A DNA stretch of 64,000 bases from the IMG/VR virus record IMGVR_UViG_3300047476_001246; one strand, 5' to 3'. Both the position numbers and the translations under genes were made by a program. This stretch comes from a virus. This document shows, in pieces, positions 20,717 to 28,864 of this stretch. Position 1 is the first letter of the stretch; each line of letters starts with the position of its first letter. The notes beneath the pieces were generated by a model that ran no database searches, was not told where the DNA came from, and saw nothing but the letters and a program-made list of their open reading frames with translations.

Positions 20717-20790
20717 TGGTAGCCCGTGACAGAATCGAACTGCCGTAACCGCCGTGTAAAGACGGAGTTCTACCATTAAACTAACGGGCC
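20717..20790 (-). tRNA. tRNA-Val(UAC)
   Basis: Loop UUUACAC. Confidence 0.92.
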
Positions 20791-21221
20791 TTATATTCTT
20801 GCAAATATCTATTGCGTTTTGTATCTTTTTTATATCTATTGCCTTGTCCTTTACTACCAAAGTTTTCTGTTTGCGTATGGCAGTTAGGACAAAGTAGCCT
20901 TAAATTACTAGGGAAATTATTATCACTATCACCATCAATATGGTCTAATTGTAACATAAGAGGCTTTTTATTCCAAATAGAACTTTGCCCACATTCCTCG
21001 CATATTTCCCCGCGTGTCTCAATTAAGTACTTTTTAAGAGCACGAGATCCATCACTTACTTTACCTTCTAAAATTCTAGGAATTGTTTCATTGTACCACT
21101 TAAACAAGCCTTGACAATTATTATCACAAAACTTGTTTATTTTACTATGCCCCCACAGATTTTCTTTTCTGCAGTGCAAACAGTTATATTTCCTATTGCT
21201 ACCTTTAATTCCGCTCGGCAT
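20781..21221 (-). CDS. HNH endonuclease
   Basis: CEECG...LQLDHIDGDSDNN...NLRLLCPNCH. Confidence 0.88.
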   Translation of the reverse strand: MPSGIKGSNRKYNCLHCRKENLWGHSKINKFCDNNCQGLFKWYNETIPRILEGKVSDGSRALKKYLIETRGEICEECGQSSIWNKKPLMLQLDHIDGDSDNNFPSNLRLLCPNCHTQTENFGSKGQGNRYKKDTKRNRYLQEYKAR

Positions 21222-21271
21222 AACATAGACCTCCTATTATATTTAGCAAAGGTCTATGTTTTTGATTTATT

Positions 21272-21358
21272 TGGTGGGTGCTGATGGTAATGCTCCACGT
21301 GCCTTGACTTCCCTACCTTTAGGAATGGTTTTACAGACCACCGTAGGGGGCAACACCC
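21272..21358 (-). tRNA. Atypical tRNA-Tyr(GUA)-like RNA lacking a normal D-arm
   Basis: Acceptor GGGUGUU/AGCACCC-ACCA, anticodon loop CUGUAAA, no D-arm, T-loop AGCAUUA. Confidence 0.65.
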
Positions 21359-21367
21359 ATTTAACTT

Positions 21368-21443
21368 TGGTGGAGGTTATCGGACTCGAACCGATCACCC
21401 TTAGCTTGCAAAGCTAATGCTCTCCCAGATGAGCTAAACCCCC
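21368..21443 (-). tRNA. tRNA-Ala(UGC)
   Basis: Loop UUUGCAA; G3:U70. Confidence 0.94.
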
Positions 21444-21446
21444 AAA

Positions 21447-21698
21447 TTAATTTTCTCTAACATGTTTGGCGTCAACACAAGTTTCGCCTTTGAACACATA
21501 CACATCTGAATCTACTCGTAGCTGTTCAAACACTTGATTGTTCACGCAAATATATGGATCTCGATGATTTTGCATGTAGTAAAAGACTGCATAACCAATA
21601 CCAGCTAATATCATTAGTATAGGAATATACTTAAGATATTTCACAATTTCGGGCATTGCACCCAAAATTTGCGGTAAGTTTTTTAACAGGTCTTTCAT
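21447..21698 (-). CDS. Small membrane protein
   Basis: One TM helix; TAAATA 6 nt upstream of the ATG. Confidence 0.65.
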   Translation of the reverse strand: MKDLLKNLPQILGAMPEIVKYLKYIPILMILAGIGYAVFYYMQNHRDPYICVNNQVFEQLRVDSDVYVFKGETCVDAKHVREN

Positions 21699-21771
21699 AC
21701 TCGTATTTAACCATTCTGAAGCACACTATGCCACGCTTTGAACCTGGACTCTTAGTAATGTGCTTTAGAAT

Positions 21772-22664
21772 GTGCTAACGCTGAGATTACACGTTAGCCA
21801 CAAGCACCTCTAGCATTATAGTACGCCTTGCGAGCATACCTTCTCTAGACATCCACTAAATCCTGTTATCACACAGTAATCTAGTCTGCTTGCAGCATCG
21901 CCGTTTTTATGGTCAGGCAGTAGACCAGTCGTTACGTGCTACTCTGTACCTTATTTTCCGTTGAACTTGCGGTCCATTAAGCCTTGCGAGCTACGAAACT
22001 TCTAGTACAAATTAGTGTCACCTTGCGAGCTTCACTAAACTCAATTGGCTCACGCCTTGAGTGTTAGATGCTTTTCGCACATAACCGGAGCAGTCTTTGC
22101 ATTTTTGTAATGATAGTTGGATTCGAACCAACTGCCGTCAGATTAAAAAGTCTGTCGCTCTACCGATGAGCTATATCAACCTACTACGATGTGCTGCTCC
22201 AGTTGCTGAATAAAGTTTTGCTCTACCCAATACAACACACCATGTACCTTTTGCCTGCCGGCTACTCAGTAGTCCTTCGCGATTAGTGTGACCCCGCCGT
22301 TGCCGACAGCCCCACCGACCACTTGTACTGCACACAAGCCCTTGGCTGCGAAACCTCGGACAAATGCACTACCCTTTCTCATACCAGTTAACTGATTGGT
22401 TTTGCAGTGAAGTCAGCACCACCTGTTACTTTCCTTGCACCCTGGTTCCCTTGCGGGCCAGTCGATACAAGTTCTTTCCACTACATCAGCTTCGCTGTTA
22501 AATCCACCCGTCTTATAAGTGAACGCTACCTCACGGTAGTGAGCAGGCTTGTTTAAGCGGACCATTGCTGGCGCAGGCGTGTAGGACGCTGCTGCTTTGG
22601 GTCACTCACGTGACTTATCCTTAGTTAGACGGCGAACCGTCTAGCAAGAGATTAAACTCCCTAA
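21772..22664 (-). ncRNA. GOLLD RNA (giant ornate RNA) with embedded tRNA-like domain
   Basis: About 890 nt non-coding, many GNRA/UUCG hairpins (CUCGCAAGG, ACCGUGAGGU, GACGGUUCGCCGUC), 3' end ...GUAAUCUCAGCG, inside a phage tRNA cluster, own TTGACA-17-TATTAT promoter at 22671-22699. Confidence 0.8.
22109..22180 (-). tRNA. tRNA-Lys-like domain inside GOLLD (8-nt loop CUUUUUAA, no CCA)
   Basis: D-arm, T-arm GUUGG-UUCGAAU-CCAAC, only 5-bp acceptor. Confidence 0.7.
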
Positions 22665-23745
22665 GTATCTATAATAAAACAAATTCAAATTCTTGTCAAC
22701 TACTTTTTTATCATATTGAAACACACTGACTACATTGGCAAACCCGTTTGGGATTTACAACCGTTGTCTGGGCGGTGATCCGCTTACAATGCATTTCAAT
22801 ATGGCCGGTCTGTCCTGTTGTTACAGTCCATCTAGGCTGAACAGCATTTGCAACTGACTGAACGGATACTCTTAATACCCATCTTTAGAACTGACCGTCT
22901 ACCATATTGAAGCACACTATCACAAACTACAGGCACGACTAAGAGCCCGGGAAAAAGACAATGTGCTTCAATATGGCAACAATGTTGACTACCCTTCTAG
23001 CCCACGGTCAAGTTCTGCTAGTCGCTCTAGGGTCATTGGCGGTACTGTTTGCACAGGCAGACCCAATCATTGTTTACCATATTGAAGCATACTCCGGCAA
23101 GGACTCGCACCTCGCTCCACCCTGTCCCAAACTACTTACGGATACGAGATTCAGTCTTCCGGACGACTTCATCTTATCTTACCGCTTTCACCCAAGGTGC
23201 ATGCGAACGTCATACACTACAGAATGTGCTTCAATATAGATCCCACCGTTAACGACAGCATTTGTCCTAGCTTTATTTTGAGTCGGTTAATGCACGGTGG
23301 GAACACATGCCGACCTGTCGTATTTTCGTGTACTGTTGCTTGCCCCAAGGGTTAGGTACCTACCTCAGCGACTCATACTGGTCGACGACAACGACCGCTG
23401 CTCTTAAATTACATCTAGTACAAACAAATGCTTGGGGAATCGAACCCCGCCTGCTCCCCTTTCGGCAACTCATTCACCCCTGCAAGGGTTTCAACTCTGC
23501 GTACTCGGTTCACCGTGCTAGCCAATACACTTAGCAGCCTGTCATAGTTCATTGCAGTGCCCTATGAGCAGTTTTGTACTATATAGAAACACACTGCCGA
23601 TTAGTTATCAAGAAACGACCTGATGATCAAGTCAGGCTCAGTATGTTTTTATATGCAGTCTCGTTTAGCGTCCGAGACTGCCAAGACGGGGTCTGTAGAC
23701 TGCTGACAATTTATCACATTATACGCCGTCAGCAAAGGCGAGCTT

Positions 23746-23841
23746 TGGGTGCAGGATCAAGGGGTCGAACCTCGACGCGACATATCTAGAATAACCACGT
23801 TGAGCCTGCTCAACATGGCGTCGCCCAGTCCACTTCCTGCA
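23746..23841 (-). ncRNA. tRNA-like RNA with acceptor stem, T-arm and CCA but no anticodon loop
   Basis: UGCAGGA/UCCUGCA-C-CCA; GAGG-UUCGACC-CCUU; central long hairpin CCAUGUUGAGC-AG-GCUCAACGUGG. Confidence 0.65.
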
Positions 23842-23845
23842 TAAC

Positions 23846-23920
23846 TGGTACACCGTAGGAGAATCGAACTCCTCTTACCTGCGTGAAAGGCGGGTGTCCT
23901 AACCGATAGACGAACGGTGC
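23846..23920 (-). tRNA. tRNA-Glu(UUC)
   Basis: Loop CUUUCAC. Confidence 0.93.
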
Positions 23921-23928
23921 ATAACTTT

Positions 23929-24003
23929 TGGCGTCTCTGGATGGAATCGAACCACCATCACAAGTTTCGTAGACTCGTATCCTATCCGTTGAACGACAGA
24001 GAC
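23929..24003 (-). tRNA. tRNA-Arg(ACG)
   Basis: Loop CUACGAA. Confidence 0.92.
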
Positions 24004-24004
24004 T

Positions 24005-24200
24005 GTGTATTCTTGCTTAGGCCACGTGGTTCCACCCATCGCCCCTATGCTGGAGTTGTTGCCCTGTCCGAACACTAATGCGGTTTGCTACGTAGTGTCC
24101 ACGCTGCTATGTTGTCTGCTTACGTCTGCGCTGTCGGTGCCATAGCCACCGGACTGTCTCATAGTCAACGCCAACTTTATGGATAGTTGGAATCCGGAAT
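24005..24200 (-). ncRNA. Putative structured ncRNA, copy 2 of the GGACAGGGCAACAACUC family
   Basis: Shares core with 12950..13160; promoter-like sequence at about 24204-24234. Confidence 0.5.
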
Positions 24201-24351
24201 CTGTATAATAGCAAAAATTATCTTTTTAGTCTACCATAATTTAGTACACTGTGATTAACAAGTTTATCGGCAGCATCCTCTTGTTGTGGATGTCAGATCT
24301 CCTGGACAATCTAATGTCTCGGGCACTGCCTTATATCAACGTACTAAATTA

Positions 24352-24435
24352 TGGTGCCCCAGGCGAGACTCGAACTCGCACGCCTTGCAGCACTGGCTTC
24401 TAAGACCAGCGTGTCTACCATTCCACCACCAGGGC
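24352..24435 (-). tRNA. tRNA-Leu(UAG)
   Basis: Loop CUUAGAA; variable arm. Confidence 0.93.
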
Positions 24436-24579
24436 AATGTTTACAAATTGTTAATGAACCTGTTTCTTACTGCTTGTCTGTGTTGTCTTACACAGTTTCA
24501 TTATTATATGGAATATTGCTATTCCTGTCAACTACTTTTTTGTGTTGTATTTTTGCAACACAGTTGCTACTTTGTTAAC

Positions 24580-24655
24580 TGGTAGTAGAGGTCGGACTCG
24601 AACCGACGATAAACACCGTATGAAGGTGGTGCATTGGCCGCTATGCTACTCTACC
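24580..24655 (-). tRNA. tRNA-Met(CAU), elongator-like
   Basis: Loop UUCAUAC. Confidence 0.88.
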
Positions 24656-24656
24656 G

Positions 24657-24733
24657 TGGTACCCACTCTTGGAATTGAACCAAGGACCCTCGCCTTATCA
24701 AGACGATGCTCTGACCAACTGAGCTAAGTGGGC
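24657..24733 (-). tRNA. tRNA-Ile(GAU)
   Basis: Loop UUGAUAA. Confidence 0.92.
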
Positions 24734-24771
24734 ATTTTTAAATTGTACTAAAAACTACCTTTATTGTCAAC

Positions 24772-24846
24772 TGGCCGGTCCGGACAGATTCGAACTGCCG
24801 ACAGCTGGTTTCGAAGACCAGAACTCTTCCGCTGAGCTACGGACCG
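24772..24846 (-). tRNA. tRNA-Arg(UCG)
   Basis: Loop CUUCGAA. Confidence 0.9.
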
Positions 24847-24853
24847 TAATACG

Positions 24854-24929
24854 TGGTGCTGCCTCTAGGAATCGAACCTAGTTCAACGGCTCTTCAGACC
24901 GCCGCTATGACCACATCAGCTAAAGCAGC
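24854..24929 (-). tRNA. tRNA-Phe(GAA)
   Basis: Loop CUGAAGA. Confidence 0.92.
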
Positions 24930-24930
24930 A

Positions 24931-25004
24931 TGGTGCTCCCAACTGGTAATGATCCAGTGTTTCTACATTACCAATGTAGTGTAATACCTTTATACTATAG
25001 GAGC
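24931..25004 (-). tRNA. tRNA-Thr(GGU) with non-canonical T-loop AUCAUUA
   Basis: Loop UUGGUAA; CCA end. Confidence 0.85.
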
Positions 25005-26573
25005 TTTATCTACTAGAATTGAAAATAATTTTTGCTTGTATTGATCAATAAAATTTTTACGTACATTTGCTTCAATATCGTGAAAGTTAAAATCCTTGAA
25101 CAATGTGTTTCTAACAGTGTTAAACGAGTAATCGGGATGATTCATCGAGCTCACTGCTATAGCAAATTGCCCACTAATATGTAGTTTGTCGGATTGAAAA
25201 CTTTCTTTCATAATGAAGTTAGATAGTTTACTGACACGTTCATAACTGGTATTTTTATTTTTCCAGTTCATAATTTTATCAAATTTTTTAATAGCATACT
25301 GTACGTGGGGTACAACAGTATCTACATCGTCGTCCTCATAATATCCGTAAGATTTATAATTTTTTACAATATCACTTGAATATGTTGTTAAATCTTGTCG
25401 GTATATCCTTAATGCATTAAAAATCCAACTGTGAAGAGGAACGTCCTGTTTCATTATTGCTTCAAATGTCTTTAAATTTGATTCCTCGGTATCTTCGGGC
25501 AAACCTGCTATAAAACTGCCATGCAATGATAAATCTTTATCATACTTTTTTCTAAGATATTCCAAAGTTTGAATTTGTTTACTGATATTAAAACCTTTAC
25601 CGATTAATTTTGCACTCACCGGATTAAGTGTTTCTATTCCAAAGAACATAGATCTTACACCAATATCATACAGCAAGTCTATTGTGTGTGGTCGTGTGGC
25701 CAAAAGGTCCAGACGATGATATCCCCAAAACTCTGGTTGGAAAGGCAATTTTTTAATTATGCTGTGCAATCGGTGCAATTTTGCTTCGTGATCATTGAAT
25801 GTATCATCTACCAGCAAATATGTTTTAATGCCATGCTCTTGGTAATTTTTTTCTAACTCATACGCCAGGTGCTTTTCGGATCTTACAAAATCAAGATTTT
25901 GTTTACCATTCATTGGATACGAACAAAACTTGCACTGAAAAATACAACCTCTGGCAACTTCTAGTGGTAATGAAGTATGATTTACTATGTCCTCTGGCAA
26001 CCACACAAAGTCAGAATTTACAAAATCATATTCCTTGGCCAATCTATCATCAATGATGATGCAGCCCCACAAATTTTTTGTACTGTTATTAAGTTTTTCT
26101 CCACGACTTACGTGATTCATTAGGTTAACAATGCTTACTTCACTATATCCAATACAAGCATAATTAATATTTTTATTATTCATGTTAGGATGAGCTTTTG
26201 TGCCACCTACAAGAATTTTTACATCGGAATTCAGACTCTTGAAATACCCAATTAGTTTATTTTCAATTTCTTTGCCATGAGGGAAAATTTGATTAACCGG
26301 CAACTCTGTGTATCGCGGAGTTGGTTTTCCTTCTACCTGATCAACTTCGATACTTTTAAAAAAGGTGGTACTAAATGCAATTAGTTTGGTTTGATTGGTA
26401 ATAACCAGATCTGCTAATTTTTTTAATTCAGCTTCATCGAATGACGAAAAATGATTTACTACCAAACAACGATATCCATTTTTTCTCAGCACGTGGGCAC
26501 ACTTGTATGCACCAATTGGCGGAATACTGGCTATGTTATCTGTTTCGTCAGTGAAAAAAATTGCATCGTACAT
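24990..26573 (-). CDS. Radical SAM protein (class B, B12-binding-like N-terminus)
   Basis: RGCIFQCKFC (CxxxCxxC), DDTFN, FFGIET, FIAGLP. Confidence 0.9.
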   Translation of the reverse strand: MYDAIFFTDETDNIASIPPIGAYKCAHVLRKNGYRCLVVNHFSSFDEAELKKLADLVITNQTKLIAFSTTFFKSIEVDQVEGKPTPRYTELPVNQIFPHGKEIENKLIGYFKSLNSDVKILVGGTKAHPNMNNKNINYACIGYSEVSIVNLMNHVSRGEKLNNSTKNLWGCIIIDDRLAKEYDFVNSDFVWLPEDIVNHTSLPLEVARGCIFQCKFCSYPMNGKQNLDFVRSEKHLAYELEKNYQEHGIKTYLLVDDTFNDHEAKLHRLHSIIKKLPFQPEFWGYHRLDLLATRPHTIDLLYDIGVRSMFFGIETLNPVSAKLIGKGFNISKQIQTLEYLRKKYDKDLSLHGSFIAGLPEDTEESNLKTFEAIMKQDVPLHSWIFNALRIYRQDLTTYSSDIVKNYKSYGYYEDDDVDTVVPHVQYAIKKFDKIMNWKNKNTSYERVSKLSNFIMKESFQSDKLHISGQFAIAVSSMNHPDYSFNTVRNTLFKDFNFHDIEANVRKNFIDQYKQKLFSILVDKAPIV

Positions 26574-26612
26574 GTTTATAGTTATTGATCTCTCTAGAGT
26601 TCTTTATATTCT

Positions 26613-26688
26613 TGGGGTATCCGACCGGTATCGATCCGGTACTACCGCTTTCACAGAGCAGGGTGCAGGCCACTACACTACGGACACC
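26613..26688 (-). tRNA. tRNA-His(GUG)
   Basis: Loop CUGUGAA; G-1 and C73. Confidence 0.92.
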
Positions 26689-26690
26689 AT

Positions 26691-26766
26691 TGGCAAGGGG
26701 TACAGGATTCGAACCTGTGACACGCGGGATCAAAACCCGCTGCTCTACCAACTGAGCTAACCCCCA
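26691..26766 (-). tRNA. tRNA-Gln(UUG)
   Basis: Loop UUUUGAU. Confidence 0.92.
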
Positions 26767-26845
26767 ACTGAACCATATAGAAACACACTACTTGCGTCTC
26801 CGTGTAGAACCAAGTCACACGGTACTTGGCCAGTATGTTTTTATA

Positions 26846-26921
26846 TGGTGGAGCCACTGGGATTCGAACCCAGACCTGACGGATTAAAAGTCCGCTGTCT
26901 TAACCGTTTGACTATAGCTCC
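26846..26921 (-). tRNA. tRNA-Lys(UUU)
   Basis: Loop CUUUUAA. Confidence 0.92.
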
Positions 26922-27208
26922 ATTCTAATACCATACAGCTGAAACATCAATGCTGCTAGTTTATGCTTGTTTTGATATGTCCAACCATATCTAAGTAAGC
27001 CTATCTTGTCACTCTTGTCACTGTCCATACGGACTCTCCTTAAAAAGAAAATACTACTAAAATTTCTACCACACGATTTGCTGCATTTATTAAAATTTCG
27101 TAAGCCCCATTTTACTATCCTTTCATATTTTTGTCAACCCAGTACAACAAAAGAACCACAAATACAAGTACAATCACAGCCCCATGTCATGGTTCTCCTT
27201 TAAGTTAG

Positions 27209-27283
27209 TGGAGCAGGATATCGGATTCGAACCGATGACATTCTCGTCGGCAACGAGACATTCTACCACTGAATTAATCCTGC
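27209..27283 (-). tRNA. tRNA-Gly(GCC)
   Basis: Loop UUGCCGA. Confidence 0.9.
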
Positions 27284-28134
27284 ATAAAAATTTGTTTACA
27301 GTACTCTAAGTCACTATAATCCAAATGCGGCATATTGTCATACAGTCTAATAGATACTGCATTTGTTATTGTCGGATGATACTCTAAAAAATTAAAGTTT
27401 CTATCCTTGATCATGTAAGACTGTCTTGACTCAAGATAGAAAGGTCTCTGCACCACAGTTTTTAAACTGGGATTCTGAACCAACATCCAGTTTCCTAAAA
27501 TTTCATATTCACTAAACCAAATATGTCCTTGTTTCTGTTTCAATTCGTATTTGACTGCTTCGAGCCACGGCCTACTATACGAATTTTCAATATGCTTCTT
27601 TAACGATTCCCAATGGCATTTCTTTAACGGAAAAATGTCTGTTATAAAACTGTTATTTGTTTGCCTTGGGCGACCAGTAAATTTGTTAACAAATTCATAA
27701 TATTCTTCGTCGTGATTGACTCCTTCCAATACAGCAGGCACTGGCTCATTGTTATCAAAATAATGATATGGTCGTGTTAGCAGTATATCACTGTCCTGTA
27801 TCAAAATATTTTCATTGTCACAGGAGTCAATGGCCATGAACTTTATGAGTTGCTGCCTGATCCAAAAATTCATAGTGCCGTACAAATTCAATTCTTTGTA
27901 CTGCTCCAGTATATCCAAATCGTGTACAACACGGAATGTACTGGTGTCTATTCCGTGTTGCTGATATATTTCTAATAGATTGATTGGGTTTCGCCAACGC
28001 CGTCCGGGCTCAACAACAGATCCTAGGTAAACAATCGTTTGATCAGGTTTAGGATGTAAAAATTTATCAAACTGTAGTGTTAGTACAGACTCGATCACTT
28101 TGGTTGAAGCGACGAACATTAATCTACATATCAT
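27274..28134 (-). CDS. Glycosyltransferase-like hypothetical protein
   Basis: WIRQQLIK...DSD...FSEYEILG motif; start re-assigned outside tRNA-Ile. Confidence 0.65.
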   Translation of the reverse strand: MICRLMFVASTKVIESVLTLQFDKFLHPKPDQTIVYLGSVVEPGRRWRNPINLLEIYQQHGIDTSTFRVVHDLDILEQYKELNLYGTMNFWIRQQLIKFMAIDSCDNENILIQDSDILLTRPYHYFDNNEPVPAVLEGVNHDEEYYEFVNKFTGRPRQTNNSFITDIFPLKKCHWESLKKHIENSYSRPWLEAVKYELKQKQGHIWFSEYEILGNWMLVQNPSLKTVVQRPFYLESRQSYMIKDRNFNFLEYHPTITNAVSIRLYDNMPHLDYSDLEYCKQIFMQD

Positions 28135-28150
28135 ATAACTTCCTTTTATT

Positions 28151-28242
28151 TGGTCCCCCAGGCGGGAGTCGAACCCACATTGGCCAATTATCTGTTGCAC
28201 ACGGGATATAAATCCGCTGTTTTACCATTAAACTACCGGGGG
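28151..28242 (-). tRNA. tRNA-Ile(UAU) with unusually long variable region
   Basis: Acceptor CCCCCGG/CUGGGGG-ACCA; loop UUUAUAU; about 22-nt variable region. Confidence 0.8.
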
Positions 28243-28495
28243 ATTGACACTCTGGTTGCTTAGAAAGCTGCCTTCCGGTCCGTCAAAGGGATAGGAACAC
28301 TGTTCATCCAAAGTGTATGATAAAACACATTCCTGGGCTCTCGTACCAGTAGCCCATAGCGCCGGCCGCCATTATGTGTTTGAATGTGCTTTATCATCCG
28401 GATTTTACCACTGCGTTATCGCCACAGCTTCATCCTCGGCTCCGCCCGTTTGGCAAGTTATAGTGTTGCCGCAGCCTCGTTCCGCTACACACTTA

Positions 28496-28663
28496 TTACT
28501 TTTGTCGTTTTGTTAGACGACGCAATTTTTCTGCTTCCTCTGATTGCTTACGCAATCGTTCTAATTTACTTTTAACTAACTCTTCAAGCAACTTATCGTT
28601 AAAAACAAAATTACGTTCTTCTAACTTTTTTTGAAACGACATAATTTCTTGATCGTTTGTCAT
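28496..28663 (-). CDS. Small basic coiled-coil protein (55 aa), first ORF after the attenuator
   Basis: Read manually: MTNDQEIMSFQKKLEERNFVFNDKLLEELVKSKLERLRKQ...; AAAGGAAGAG RBS. Confidence 0.55.
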   Translation of the reverse strand: MTNDQEIMSFQKKLEERNFVFNDKLLEELVKSKLERLRKQSEEAEKLRRLTKRQK

Positions 28664-28675
28664 CTCTTCCTTTAT

Positions 28676-28712
28676 AAAACAAAAACCCCAGGGTGTTTAG
28701 TCCTGGGGTTTT
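28676..28712 (-). terminator. Intrinsic terminator of a putative attenuator
   Basis: AAAACCCCAGG-ACTAAACAC-CCTGGGGTTTT followed by TGTTTT; 5' arm can alternatively pair with 28740-28758. Confidence 0.85.
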
Positions 28713-28734
28713 ATAGAATTTGGTTATTTAAAAC

Positions 28735-28857
28735 TTAGGTTCTATAATCCCCCAGGACACGATTACTAATATCGCGTGTAATCATACCCCAGTAGGCTAC
28801 TAGCCCACATTCGGGTTGTGATATAAACGATTTATGTAATAGTGCGGAGTTCATCAT
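28735..28857 (-). CDS. Putative attenuator leader peptide (40 aa) containing all 20 amino acids
   Basis: MMNSALLHKSFISQPECGLVAYWGMITRDISNRVLGDYRT*; ATG 7 nt after the -10 box; 3' end overlaps the antiterminator arm. Confidence 0.7.
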   Translation of the reverse strand: MMNSALLHKSFISQPECGLVAYWGMITRDISNRVLGDYRT

Positions 28858-28864
28858 AGTCTCT

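Larger units (their letters stand above)
21711..28399 (-). repeat. Dispersed family of about 14-19-bp terminal inverted-repeat stems (consensus CATAtTGAAgCACAtt...agTGTGcTTCAATATG) enclosing variable inserts
   Basis: Copies at about 21712-21772, 22712-22803, 22902-22976, 23078-23238, 23580-23656, 26773-26848, 28317-28397. Confidence 0.8.

Noticed and set aside
21711-23660. CRISPR array interpretation of the repeated CATATTGAAGCACA motif
   Set aside because: The repeats come as inverted pairs with irregular spacing, not direct repeats with uniform spacers; no cas genes in the window
22961-24727. Plus-strand ORFs across the tRNA/ncRNA block (also 15327, 26503, 28313, 42878)
   Set aside because: Antisense to tRNAs, tmRNA or structured RNAs, with no recognisable protein motifs
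28245-28495. RNase P RNA, or mimics of 23S rRNA sarcin-ricin loop / helix 69 (GTACGAGAG, GGCGGCCG, ACTATAAC)
   Set aside because: No GAGGAAAGUCC core seen; the rRNA-like matches are only 8-9 nt and lack the proper flanking helices
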